The notes beneath the pieces were generated by a model. It made no database searches, had not been told where the DNA came from, and saw only the letters and a program-made list of their open reading frames with translations. Made by a program: the position numbers and the translations under genes. A stretch of 63,591 nucleotides of DNA, filler included, from Cercozoa sp. M6MM (taxonomy: Eukaryota > Protista > Endomyxa: Ascetosporea): assembly GCA_040357565.1 (NCBI GenBank). It is 8 parts of 8 records of this genome, joined end to end, with 100 filler letters (N's around TTAATTAATTAA, not from the genome) between each part and the next. Parts side by side here need not be neighbours in the genome. Positions count along the whole stretch, not along the records: positions 19,079 to 36,874 come from JBDODJ010000254.1; 7 more parts are not named here. One strand, given 5' to 3'. Below are positions 23,291 through 35,367 of the stretch, in pieces. Position 1 is the stretch's first letter; every line of letters begins with the position of its first letter.

Positions 23291-26200
23291 CGAGAGGCGA
23301 CCCGTGCTTCATCAGCATGGCAGAGAGTACCACTCCTGTCACGACCTACTACATGCGTATGCATAGACAGATATATACAGACATATGCAGATATATACAG
23401 ATATACATATGTATGTATATATACAGATATACATATGTATGTATATATATACAGAGAAGTAAATATGTATGAGGTGGCTACAATGAGGCACACGACGACC
23501 AGCCAGGCGTAAGCATAGCTGTGCAACTCGCTGAGCACTTCGGCACACGTCGGTCGCAGTTGAAGTCCTGTCACACTTGTCTATATCCCCATACCCAGCC
23601 TCCCCGATAGAGGAGTTACTCATGATGACGTCAAAGTCGAGGTCGCGCGAGTCCACTTCGATCTGGGCCTACATCGACCCATCATAACTAGAGCTACTTG
23701 GGGAAAAGTGCTGACTGAGCATAGTCGCGGCACTACCTGCTGCGACGGCGGCATCACACTGAGCACGTGGCCCAGAGTGATCGACAGCACAACGGCCATT
23801 ATTCCCAGGAAGGATATCACGTATTGCACTGTACACACAACACACACACACACACACTTACACGCATGCTCACATACACAGAACAAAGCACAGTTTCTCC
23901 CCCCCCCACCCCTAGACAGCGAACGCACACAGTGGGAAACGATTGAGTTTGGCAAAGTCACGCGAGCCGAACTGCAGTCGCATCACGATCAGTTTCGCCA
24001 CAAGCGCACACAGAGCTAGTGGACTGCCCAAGTGGCGAAGCCACAGCTGCATGCTACACAAAGGCACATTAACACACACACCGAGATACACTAATTTTAG
24101 CACGCCAGAAAAATGTCTATTGTACCGACACAGCGTGGGTCGCGACTCGAGAATGCGGTCATCGAGAAAGCGTTCGTCGATGCCCTGCGCCAGTGCGCCT
24201 AGGTAGCACGCGGCGGCGCATGTGACCACTATGGCATGGGCACAGGCTACGCGCACCGAGTGCTGCTCATTCAAACGTATCCCTATTACTGAGGAGTATA
24301 TCGTAAGTGCACAGACATAGGTACCTGAGGCGAGGCAGCCGGGTTGGCGTAAGAGGACAGCGAGCTCTGTGTTGCGTCTCGTCTGAGTGTGTGCACACAT
24401 GGACGGTCCAGATCATCGATGGCAGGACTGTAGTCCGTCTCGGACACTGCGTTCTGCAGACACACACACACACACCCTTAAGCAGACATGCAAGGAACAC
24501 ATACACACACACACACACACACAACACACACACACACAACACACACACACACACAACACACACACACACACACAACACACACACACACATGGAGAGTTTA
24601 CGGTACTGTCTTCCGCTCGTCCTTGTGTTCTGCTCTGTTCGAGCACACACAGACACAAAAAGAGGGGTAGGCACATGGAAGATCAGGGAGTAAGCAAAGT
24701 AAGAGGAACCGCCGTTCGATGGAAGCGTCGTCCGCGTTTGCGGGTGCTCACAGTTTCGCTGGATTCACTGCACACACAGACGTGTGCACAAGGGCAGACA
24801 CTAGAGGAGGAAACCAGGTCAGGTGAAACACACCTGTAGTCCTCTTCGTACATGTCGTGTTCGTGGTAGTCCGAGTAGTCGTCACCGTCGTAGCTCATTT
24901 CAGACCCTGCAAGACACAAAGGAGAGGCTCAGGCGTCGAACCTAGGCAAGCACACCTGAGACACAACCGACCCTGATGATCAAGCGACTGGTGAGGCGCG
25001 TGACCGCCAATGTCGTCGACTCCGCCCAGTGTTGTCGTATCGTCAATGTCATCGTCTTCCAGCAGGGTGGTACTGCCTGTCAACACAGGTACAGATACGC
25101 AGATTAGTCATGTACACCTACCAGTGTGCAGAAAGGTCACCATCGATGCAGTTGAAGTAGGACAGTGTGCGCGCACCGCCGCTTTCGCTTTGCTTCCTGC
25201 GTCGCCGGAAGGCCAGTGTGTCCAGGAAGAGTCCGAACAGCAAAGTCAGTGCATTGGCCACCAGGAAGACACTTAACACACAAAGAGGCAAGATTCCCAC
25301 AGCCATCGCTTTCGTTCTCCAAGTGGTCAGAGTACCAGACCACTGCGACGGCGACAAAGGTCGAGTCGCCAATGTAGCGCACCTGCACGACATGCGGCAC
25401 GTCGTACGACGGTACCCATGTGTCTTCGTACACCTCCACAAGGTTGTTCGACTACCGCACCCCCCATATCGTAAGACATCCACATAGTCACCCACAATGC
25501 CGGTAGGAGGCGGGGCTACCTCGTTCTGCAGCGAGAAACCGTGCGGCCAGTGCAGGCGCTGCAGCACGTCGCGAGCGTCCGACAGGCGCTGCGAGTTGTC
25601 CAAATGATCCACCAGCACCGAGGTCAGTTCCCTGCGCATTGTGTAGTCGGTGGAAACAATGGCGACACTGTGACCCACTGGTGACTAGTGACCAGTGATC
25701 AGTGACCACTGACCACTGACTAGTGACTGGTTACTGGTTACTGGTGGGGAAGAGGCTACCCATTGACACGCTGCCAGTTGAAGAGTCCCCAGCCACCGAC
25801 ACGGTCGCCGTTGGCATCGAGTGACACCGCTCCTGTTGTGCCCCAACACACAGACACACGCACATACATATACATCCATACAGACAGACATAAATACATA
25901 CATATGTACATACATATATACACACACCCACACATACATACACCCAAACACATACACCCAAACATACATACACCCAAACACACATACACCCAAACATACA
26001 TACACCCAAACATACATGCATAATACTTGCATACATACATAACACTTGCATACATACTAATACACATACATAAATACATACATACAGCACACAGCCCATA
26101 CCAGTAGCGCCAACGAAACTGGTCGTGCGCATCAGTTGCGTCAGGTAGCGTCCCTGTCGTTTGGCGTCCTCGCTGGTCCACACCGAGCAGTCCACCGTCT

Positions 26201-28910
26201 GACCAGACACTCGCACATACGAGTCATACATACGAGTCATACATGTGGGCAAGCCGAAGGTATACCGGTTCTCCAGTGTCGGCATCGTTGGCACTCAGTG
26301 TTTTTGCTTCGAACAGTGGTTCCTACGGACACAGTTAGAGAACTGCGGCAGGGCAGAGAAGGCAGCACATCGAGGCACCTCAACAATTCCGGACAGGTCG
26401 ACGTCAACGGGCGGTGAGAACAGCGGCACTGAGTGGTTCTCAAACTTGGACGGGTACGTTCGCGCGCACACGTCGTAGTTGCGCACGAAACGGTCCACCG
26501 AACGCACCGCCAGGTACACGCAGTCGTGTGCGAAGTCTGATCACGTAGAACACACCCGTATGACATATGGATAGACTACACAGTGTACATATTGTACGCA
26601 GCAGTAGGTTACATGTCCAATAACTGTTGTTCAGTAATTCTTCAACGCTCTCGTCGAACTGTGTCAACTGTCTGTGGCAGCAAGGCACATCCAAGCATCA
26701 GGGGCATCAGTTTGCATGGAAGCACGCGTGTGAGGTACCGTGTCGCATTGGCCCAGTCAAAGAACTTGGAGTCGAACTCGTGTCGCACTTCGTTACGCTT
26801 GCCTGTTTTCGTAGAGACAAGCTGGGTAGACACACCGAGTTCTACTTTCTTTGAGCACTAGTTACCGTCTTTCGAAACCACTGGCGGTGCCATCTATTTA
26901 TAAACAAATACATCACTATATACAGGATACGTATATATAGTATACGTATAGTAGTGTGTCTAGTATATATAATGTATCTAGTATATATATATATATATAT
27001 ATATATGTAACATGAAGGCTACAGGAGCAATTCCGATGGTGCCCTCCAATGCATTTTTCTGTAGACAACCTCAATGTAGAAGAAGCGAACAGGCACCAAG
27101 GTACATACTGAGAACACAGGGAAGGTGGTGTACCGAGTCATCGGACATTATGGCAGAGATCTGATTGTCACCGAACCAGCTGTCGGTGCCCATCCACACG
27201 AAGGGCGACGACCGCATGGCTGCTCATGTGGATATGTGGTCACCTGGTCACCAGTGTCATTCAGTCGCACGTGCATGCAGATTACCCAGTGCACTGGCCT
27301 CGTTTAGGACGGCGGCGGCTTGTTCCCGGTGTGCAATCAGCAGGATCACGGTGATGCGTTGACTGTCCACAACGTGTGCGAGGTAACATAAATAGGTAAA
27401 ATGTAGGCACTCTGACTGGTATATTTACGAAGAGACACCTGCGAATTTCACGCAGTATCGAACGGATCTGGCTGGCGTCGCCCTCCTGAATCTGCTGTGG
27501 CACGGCCGCCTAAACATACAGATGTAGACACACACACACATGGATATCTTTCCCAGGAGGCAACAGGAGGTACCATATGAGAAGCATCGATGCCACGCTT
27601 GGCAGCCTCACCGGTGAACACCTGTGCCAAGGCACCGCCGTAGATGTCGTTCTGAACATGGAGGTAAAATGATAGGTCTTAAAATAATAAGGGCTAACAA
27701 GGAGGACAGGTACCACATAGATCACACCGACTCGAAGCCAGCCGAGAGACTCGCAGACGTTGGCCAGTGCACTGTACCAAGAGAATCAATACACACACAA
27801 AGCATGTCAGGGCTGGGGCTGGGAAGTACGCAGCCTGCTGGTGGTCCGAGCCGATACAGCGCGAGAAGGTGGGTGCCACGCTCTTGTCGCTCAGCAGTGG
27901 CGTCGTTGCACTAAAGGAAAGCTGCGGCAGCGCAAAGTTTCGCAGCACGCGCTGCATGTCCAGCGACAGCGACGACATGCCCTGCAGACACATCATACAT
28001 ACATGCACACATACATACATGCACACATACACACATGAACACATGCACACATGCACATACACACATGCACATACACACATGCACACATGCACACATGCAC
28101 ACATGCACACATACACGCACACAGACACACATGCACGCATACACATACATCTACATACACATACGTAAATACATACATACATATATATATACCTATGCGT
28201 AGACATATACACATACACATACACGTATAAACACAAGAGAAACGACGAGAACACACAAAGCCAATGACGAGTGGCAGCGCTTTCGGCTTGTTTGCGTCGC
28301 GTTCTTGTTGCGCACTGCGAGGCAGACACAGGCATGGCACAGTGAGAGAACAAACCACACACACCAATAAAGGATGGAGGGGTACGGGTAGGACACTGGG
28401 ATCGAGTCGTTACTTGACGTCGACAGGTTCACCTGCGCGAAGCTGAGCGACGCCGTGAAGGCTACACAAACAAGCAATGCAGGCATACCTCCTCCGGACA
28501 AGATATCTATAGCTCTGTAATACATATACATACATATATGTAAAATATATATACGATAAGCATAGTAGTATATTTAAATAGCTTAATATACAAACATATC
28601 AAGTAAACCTTTCGACACAAGCAAAGGAAAGGCACCTTCCTCAAACTTGCCGGCGATTCGCTCGCTCAGTGCGAGCGTGAAATCCGGCAGCAGATCCTCG
28701 CGCAAGTTCTGCCCTCTCAAGCAGATAACAGGCACGCAGATTAATGCTAGAAAGAAATGCACCACTTCATCGGTGATGTACCGAGCCACTGCTAGCATCG
28801 TGGCGCGGTTGGGCTCGAAACCAACACCCAGAACAATCTGGCCTGTTGAGTTTCTCTGCATTCTATTGATCAGACCTGCACCATCAGGATCCTGGCGCCT
28901 TCCCTTGTAA
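21651..28910 (-). CDS. Class C (GABA-B/mGluR-like) GPCR: Venus-flytrap domain + 7TM + RS-rich tail
   Basis: VFT motifs DLLPDFTL, FALPQLSFSATTPLLSDK..PTFSRCIGSDHQQA, FAHDCVYLAV, FVGATGAVSLDANGDR. TM3 MQLWLRHLGSPLALCALVAKL, ECL2 Cys (RPTCAE), DEARV before TM6. The start is uncertain. Confidence 0.8.
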
Positions 28911-29114
28911 ATAAGTTATACAGGCACGTATACACGCATACGTACGTGTCTGAGCACCGTGCAGTTTTTTTTTTCTGAGTTCAGTTTTTTTTTTTTTTGA
29001 TTTTGTTTTCTGAGTAACCTTTGCTGTGTGTGCACGTGCGGCTGATTGCGATTAAGTATCAAAGCAAAGTGCGTGCAGCGAGTTTAAGACGAAAAGAGAA
29101 AAAGAGCGGCAAGG

Positions 29115-29414
29115 ATGGATTTCGATGATGATTTTGACGACATTGCAATGTTCGACGACGAGTTCGAGGACTTTGATGACGACAAAGAAGAGACAAGAGA
29201 ACAGAGTTCTGACCAGCGAAAGCACTCAAAGGCACCATCGAGAGCGCGCTCGGCACCTAGCACGCAAGATTGTACCCCGGGTTTTGCCTCTGTCAGTTGC
29301 AACATTAAATTGAGCAGTGAAAGAGAACACGGCGCGTGCAATGATGCAGGCAGCAGTCAAGCGAAAACTGTGCATTGCTGTTTTTGCTTTCTGTACTGCA
29401 CGGGGGACAAGTCG

Positions 29415-29504
<90 letters not shown>

Positions 29505-29965
29505 GTATAGGTTCGTGTGTGTTGTATAGGTTCGTGTCCATGGTACAGCGCGTGCAAGCTGCCACACGAGAAGAGAGTATGACGGCAACTCCCGAGTTCG
29601 GTACAGATCACTCCAGAGTTTTGCCTTTCCTTGAATACGGCTTTGTGTAGTGTATGCCGTGTGTGAGTTTGCGTACAAGACCATGGTCGCTGCTGCGAAA
29701 GACGCCGACGCGTTCTGTCGGCACGCCAATCGCAAGAAAGTCGCTGCTCGCGATGTCTTGCTGTATGCGAGAAATTACCCTGCTTTGGTAAGTCACTGCC
29801 GTTTCAGACTGCTCCAATTCAGTGACACGCGCTGTGTTGAAGAAACTGGCTGTTTCTTTTTAGCAAGAAGCAATGGAAAAGCGACAGGAGCAGTGGAAGA
29901 AAGACAACCGCGTTACTTCTGGCTCGAAGCGACCAAGGCAATCCAGCGGTGCGTCGGTTGTCTGA
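29115..29965 (+). CDS. CENPS: CENP-S/MHF1 histone-fold protein with acidic N-terminus
   Basis: ATPEFVYAVCEFAYK..AKDADAFCRHANRKKVAARDVLLYARNYPAL matches the CENP-S pattern (D.E.FA.HA.R..I...DV.L.AR). Confidence 0.8.
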
Positions 29966-30493
29966 CGTGCTGCAATGAGCAGCGCTGGGCGTAGGTTCGG
30001 TTGGGTTTAGTCGGATGCGATTAGTCTCGTTCCAACCAGTTCTGCAGTTATTTCGATTCAGCCCAGTCGCTGAACCTGAGTTGGTTTGTTTTGCCGCTGA
30101 TCACGACAGGCTCAAACTAGCACATAAACTTAGATACAAAAGTTGAACTTACGGTCGCCGTGACCGGGACTGGCGGCGGTCACGGTCATACGATAGTTGC
30201 CCAGTCTCTGAGCCCGCCCGAGATAGCCCGCAAGCTATGCTTGGGTAGTGCCCGGGCACACCAGAAGGGGACAAAAATCGGACGGGCGGGGGGGATAGCA
30301 CACACAGTATATCTGACTAGAGCCACACCATATCTCGTCTGACTCGAGTATCTCGCGAGAGTATAGCGAGGGATTCAACTTCTACGATGCAATTAACTGA
30401 CTCGACTCGGACTGACGTGACCTGAGTATCTACCTTACAGTGCCCGACTGTGTGCGATGTCGCGTCGCGTCGGACCCGATCGAGCGTCGCGTT

Positions 30494-31205
30494 TTAACCT
30501 TCGCCAGCGGCGGATTGCTGCAAAGCTTGATCATGCTCCTCAGGTGAAACAGGTTGTCCGTCAATCTTTTTGAGCTGCGGGATGCGACGCAGCAACTCAA
30601 GCCGAGCTTCAGCGGCGTCAACTTCCGAGCAGCAGGGGTTTCCAACCATTACCACTTCCTCCAGTTTCGGTAAATCCGCCTACATCAAACAAACCGCTTT
30701 CAAGGATTGGACGTTCAAACAGCAAATGTGAAGTGACCAAGGCTAGAAATTCGTCAAAACTTCGGATTTGATTGTTGCCGATGAAGAAGCAACGCAAATT
30801 TGTCAACATGTCAACGTGCTGTATTTTGGTGATGCTGTTGTATGACAACCACACTTCTTCCAAGGTATCGGCGAGATCATCGAGCCGTTCGATCTTTTTA
30901 ATGTTGTTTCTGGAGAGGGAGAGGATCTTGAGGTGCGTCAAACTGGACAGGTTCCCGATCTTGTCGATGGCGTTTGTGCTGAGTGACAGGTGCTCACACG
31001 CGGCAAGAGTGTTCAAAGCAGCATCCATCTTTTGGATCGGCGGTGTTTGACAAAACAGCTTCACGTGCGCTTGTTCGCTCTGCGCTTAAAGCCCAAGGAA
31101 TTCTCACATGCGGCGATGGGACTAACTGAACGAACTCACCGCTTTGACGCCGAATTTCTGCTCGAATCGCTTGATGGCGTCTTTGCAACTTGTGCCTTTG
31201 CCCAT
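30494..31205 (-). CDS. DNAL1: Axonemal outer-arm dynein light chain 1 (LRR)
   Basis: MGKGTSCKDAIKRFE..VKLFCQTPPIQKMDAALNTLAACEHLSLSTNAIDKI..LKILSLSRNNIKKIE..DTLEEVWLSYN..PQLKKIDG. Confidence 0.95.
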
Positions 31206-31412
31206 GATGTTTGCGGGTTGCGCTATGACGGTGTTTAGGACGGCTCAACGGAGTGGATAGGACGGAAGCTCGCACATAGTTCGAAGTTGCGCGCCTCCGC
31301 GCGGAACCCACTTGCCAATTCAAAAAACAGACCAGCTGATGAATCCAACTTGAGTCAGATTGACACCAGAGACGGAAGCCTGCGATTCCGTGAGAACAGT
31401 TGCGTCGATGCA

Positions 31413-33337
31413 ATGCCATTAAGCATTGGGGTACCTTTCACCTTCGTTTAACGCCTTGAGAGCGTTCCTAACTTTTGAAGCTGCTGTACAGAATCTAAAT
31501 AATTTATCGCTGGGGCTGCTGGGGTTAATAAACTTACTTCACACTCTCAGGCGGGCCAGAGTCCGTATTTGAAAACCAAGTTCGTAAAACAATGTACACA
31601 AGGTGTCTTTGTTTCGCCGGGTGTCTCCGAACAGTGCGGGACTTTGGTATCGACCAACGAACTGCTCGCTCAACTCAAAGTTCTTCGCTCCCGCCAAGAT
31701 TGGAGGATCATCTCTATTGGAAAAGACACGAAGGGTACGGATGTAAAAACAAGTGCACGGAAGAAGGCACAAACAAACGCGCGCTCGGAGGAAGAGCGAC
31801 AACTTCGAAACTCACACATAAAGCGACTTTCCGCAGGCTGCGAACGCGCACTTCGTTACCAAGACTCATTGGAGTCATTGACTCTGTGTTCGCTTTCTGG
31901 AGCGTGTCTGTCAAGCGAGGCTATCAAAAAGCTCAGAGAATGTCGCACGCTTAAAGAGATTCACTTGCACGGTGTCAAACTCGAATCCCAGCGCTTGTTC
32001 AACTTGCTGTGCGGCGAAGTTAACAGCACCGCCTCAGGTAGCTTCTGGTTGCAGAAACTGTCCCTTCGCAACTGCAACGTCGGCAGCCAGAGTATCTCTG
32101 CCATCAAACGATTCTTACATGTGCAAACTGCTAAGCTTGAGGTAAGCTTTCAGAGAGTACGGTGTGGAAGATCTGGATCCCCGAATTAATTGTTACTCCT
32201 CCAGGAAGCGGAATGGAGGAAAACACTTCGCTCGTGGAAAGCTGCACCCAGCGATGTGCAACAGTTAGATGCCGCGAAACAAAAAAGGAACACAACGCCA
32301 AGGTTGGTTCTAGACCTAAGCGCGAACCCAACCATCGGAAACGAAGAGTTCTTGGTAGGACAATCTTGCATCCCTCACCCCAGGAGTGCCGGTGTGCAAA
32401 TTCGTGCTTTACTTCGTTGCAGGAAATTCTGACAGCGGCAGTGCAAGTAAGATGACGTTGAGGGCTCTTTCCTACGCAATGAAATGTGCTTGCGTAGTCT
32501 CAAAGCGTGGCAATTCTTCGCTTTAACAACTGCAGCATCAGTAAGACGATCGCACACACTCCATGAACGGTTGAAACACATCTTAGAACTTCTTTCAAGC
32601 GACTGTGGTTGTGTAGCATGTGCGGTGTTGAGCCCATTGCAAGAAATACTGAAGTCTTATTACATCGATAACGACGATTCGATTCTACGTATTGAACAAA
32701 TCGAGATGAACAACAACAGTGATATTTCTGACAAGGACCTGCTCGCCTTTCGCAAGTTACTTGCTCAGTTTTCGGGTACCTAAATTTAGCCGCCCCAGTT
32801 TTTCTTGCCTTTGCTGATGATGGCTTTGACGCCTTTTCGCTGGAATATGCTGCAGTAAACATGAAGGTACCTGTTCGGGTAAACCGTGTCACAAACGCAC
32901 GAACATGCTGGGCGCGGGACAAACTCAGGCGTCGACAAAACCATCCGGTTAGCGAGCGCAAGAAGTCATCACGAAATCGAAGTCCGCGACGACGAACGAA
33001 GCGAAGGAATGCATCAAGTAGGTCAGACGATACCAATACCAAGGCTGACGAGGGGTCTGCGGTTGCTGTTGGTTTTACAGTGCACCTCCACAAACCAAAG
33101 CACAAAACACCGAAGCGCTTGCGACTCAATGCTCAGAAAAGTCAGAGCAAAGCGGCGGGATGCGCGACTGAGTCGAAAGCACAAGACAAAGGAAATGGTA
33201 GCTCTAATCCACGCTTCGCCCAGATGAGAACTGACGTTTCGCATAAAGACGTCCAAGGGTTCATTCAAAGCGCTGAGCGTCTCGTTGCCGCATTGGAACA
33301 GTTTAACTCGAAGCAGGGGTTACAGCCGGACACTTGA
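31413..33337 (+). CDS. LRR protein, CEP78-like
   Basis: LRRs (LESLTL, LKEIHL, LQKLSLRNCNVG), then Q..EAEWRKTLR, then LDLSANPTIGN; this order recalls CEP78. Basic disordered C-terminus. Confidence 0.55.
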
Positions 33338-33560
33338 TGCATGTCTTTAGTACTCCTAAACCTAACGCTTCGTTAGTGATCGTTTACTACTTCAAGTTGC
33401 AACTTGTTCACGATGCGTGGTACGGTATGTATGGAACTGAAAACTGAAACGGTTTGAAGGCCAGTTCGGCATCGGTCCCGTGATCGGGCAGGATCGAATT
33501 CGAAGTGACTCACTTCCAGCAAGTCGAAGCTTGACTCTGGGCGGCGTGACTCTAGGAAGA

Positions 33561-34089
33561 TTACTCAAAGTAGATCCCAAACACAATCGCCGTCGCAAAC
33601 AACGTCTTCTGCTCAAGGAAGCCGGTATGGCAAATACGTTGGTAAAGGAAGGAGAGACAAAAATGTATACATTCTGAAAGTTGACGCTGACGTATCGATC
33701 GCGCTTGTCGTCCCACAGGCACCTGCTACCCACTCGCACGCCTTGCTCTCGTCGTTCACCGATGATAACTTGGACAACGTGTCGATGGCGCGGTGCATCG
33801 AGTTCAGCCTTCAGCCGAGACCGTATTTTGGCAGCCACCAGCCTGGCCAACTTCGCTGCTTCGTCGCTATCGTAAGTCACATGCGTGAGTATCTCATCCA
33901 TTACTTCTCTGACAATTTTTTTGGCATCGATTCGCTTCCACTCAAACGAAGGATCGAGTTGATATGTATTTTGCCACACCTAAACTTACACAGAAGTCAA
34001 TTTAGAGACCTGCACCCAACTTCCTGGATCCAAGCCAACTTGACGAAACCAACCTCAATCACAGGTCGCTCGCCAGTGCCTTCGTCCAT
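33561..34089 (-). CDS. Tctex1-domain dynein light chain (TCTEX1D2/DYNLT2B-like)
   Basis: NTYQLDP..PRHRHVVQVIIGERREQGVRVGSRCLWDDKRDRY..N|..LFATAIVFGIYFE*. Confidence 0.88.
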
Positions 34090-34261
34090 TGTCTCCTTGT
34101 AGAGCGTAGGAGGGGGGACACCGAACAAGCTTCGTCGAGTCGAGTTTGAACTGATTTTTGGAAGAATTGCAGCCGCGCGGAAGGGGAAGAAAATAGTTAC
34201 GACATGCGTTTTGCTCGGAAGGAGAGAAAGTCAGCCACAATCGAAGACGCTTTCAGTGCTA

Positions 34262-34917
34262 ATGCGGCCATTGAAGGAAAGATACTATGCGCTTGTACCA
34301 TTTTCTGAAGCGCTGTAAGTAATCTCGTTGCGCTGATAAACTATACTACATTTTGCTTCTGTAGCAACCGTCGCTTCCTTTCGCGGTGATGCTGTTCATG
34401 AGCGCGACCGTGACGCTCTTGGCGGTCCTTTGCGCTACCACGGCCTTGACGCTTACATGTATACTTCATGTCACCGAGTTCCCCATTTCACTTCAAGTTA
34501 GTGTAGATTACAAGAAGAGCGGGTTCCACTCGATCCTCGCCGACGAGGTGAAAATACTCGTGCTCTGGGCAGTCCTCGAAAGTTTGCGCCACTGGATCGG
34601 ACAGAAGGCGAACTTGAGGCTTTCATGGCGTCTCCTCGTCCTGTTTCTGTTCTTGTGTCTTGTGTCGTCGACTTCTGCTGCCTACCGTGTCTGGTGGCAA
34701 AGTTCAGCTTTGTGAGCTTCCTGCTGTTGATTCCAAACTGGAACTGCTCCAACTAAAAACGATGTGTGCTTTGCGCAGTCTGGTCACAGGAAGTGATTGG
34801 CTGAGTGTGTGGCACCAGTTGGAGAGGTACACCGCTTTAACCGTTTGCCTTCTCGGCGGCGTGCAGCTTCTGCACTCGGTTTCGCTCTCTCCGGCGTTCT
34901 TCTACCACTTGGATTGA
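34262..34917 (+). CDS. Transition-zone TMEM216/TMEM17/TMEM80 family membrane protein
   Basis: PSLPFAVML, four hydrophobic segments, ESLRHWIGQKANL (family E..R...G..GNL), WQ...LE. Confidence 0.7.
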
Positions 34918-35367
34918 CCAGGGATTCCGGTCGCCCTAAGCTACTGTACGGTAGCAATCAATTTCGCTGGCAGCCACCTCAGCTCTGCCTGTTCACTGTG
35001 AATTGATTGCGGCGGGATGTCTTCTACTAAATTTATAGCTAGCGTAATACGGTAGTTCAGCTGAGTTTACTCAGTTTCTTGCCGTAGTAATTACTACAAT
35101 GGCAACTGCTCCGAAACTTCCGTTCGGTTCAGTTCAAGCGGGCGTGGACTTAGCGTACGGTAGTTCGTTACAAACTACGCCGGAATGACGATCGCGAGAC
35201 GTGTATGAGAGTCGCCAGCCGGAAAGGCCTAGCTAGGAGCTGGCTCCGAGTCGAAAAAGCGGCGCGGGCACGGCAGAGTGCAACCCGAGACTTCACTCCG
35301 AGACTTGCATTTACGTATACATGCGATGAAGTTTCGGTTTGCCTGGTAACTCGCGTCGACTTTACGT

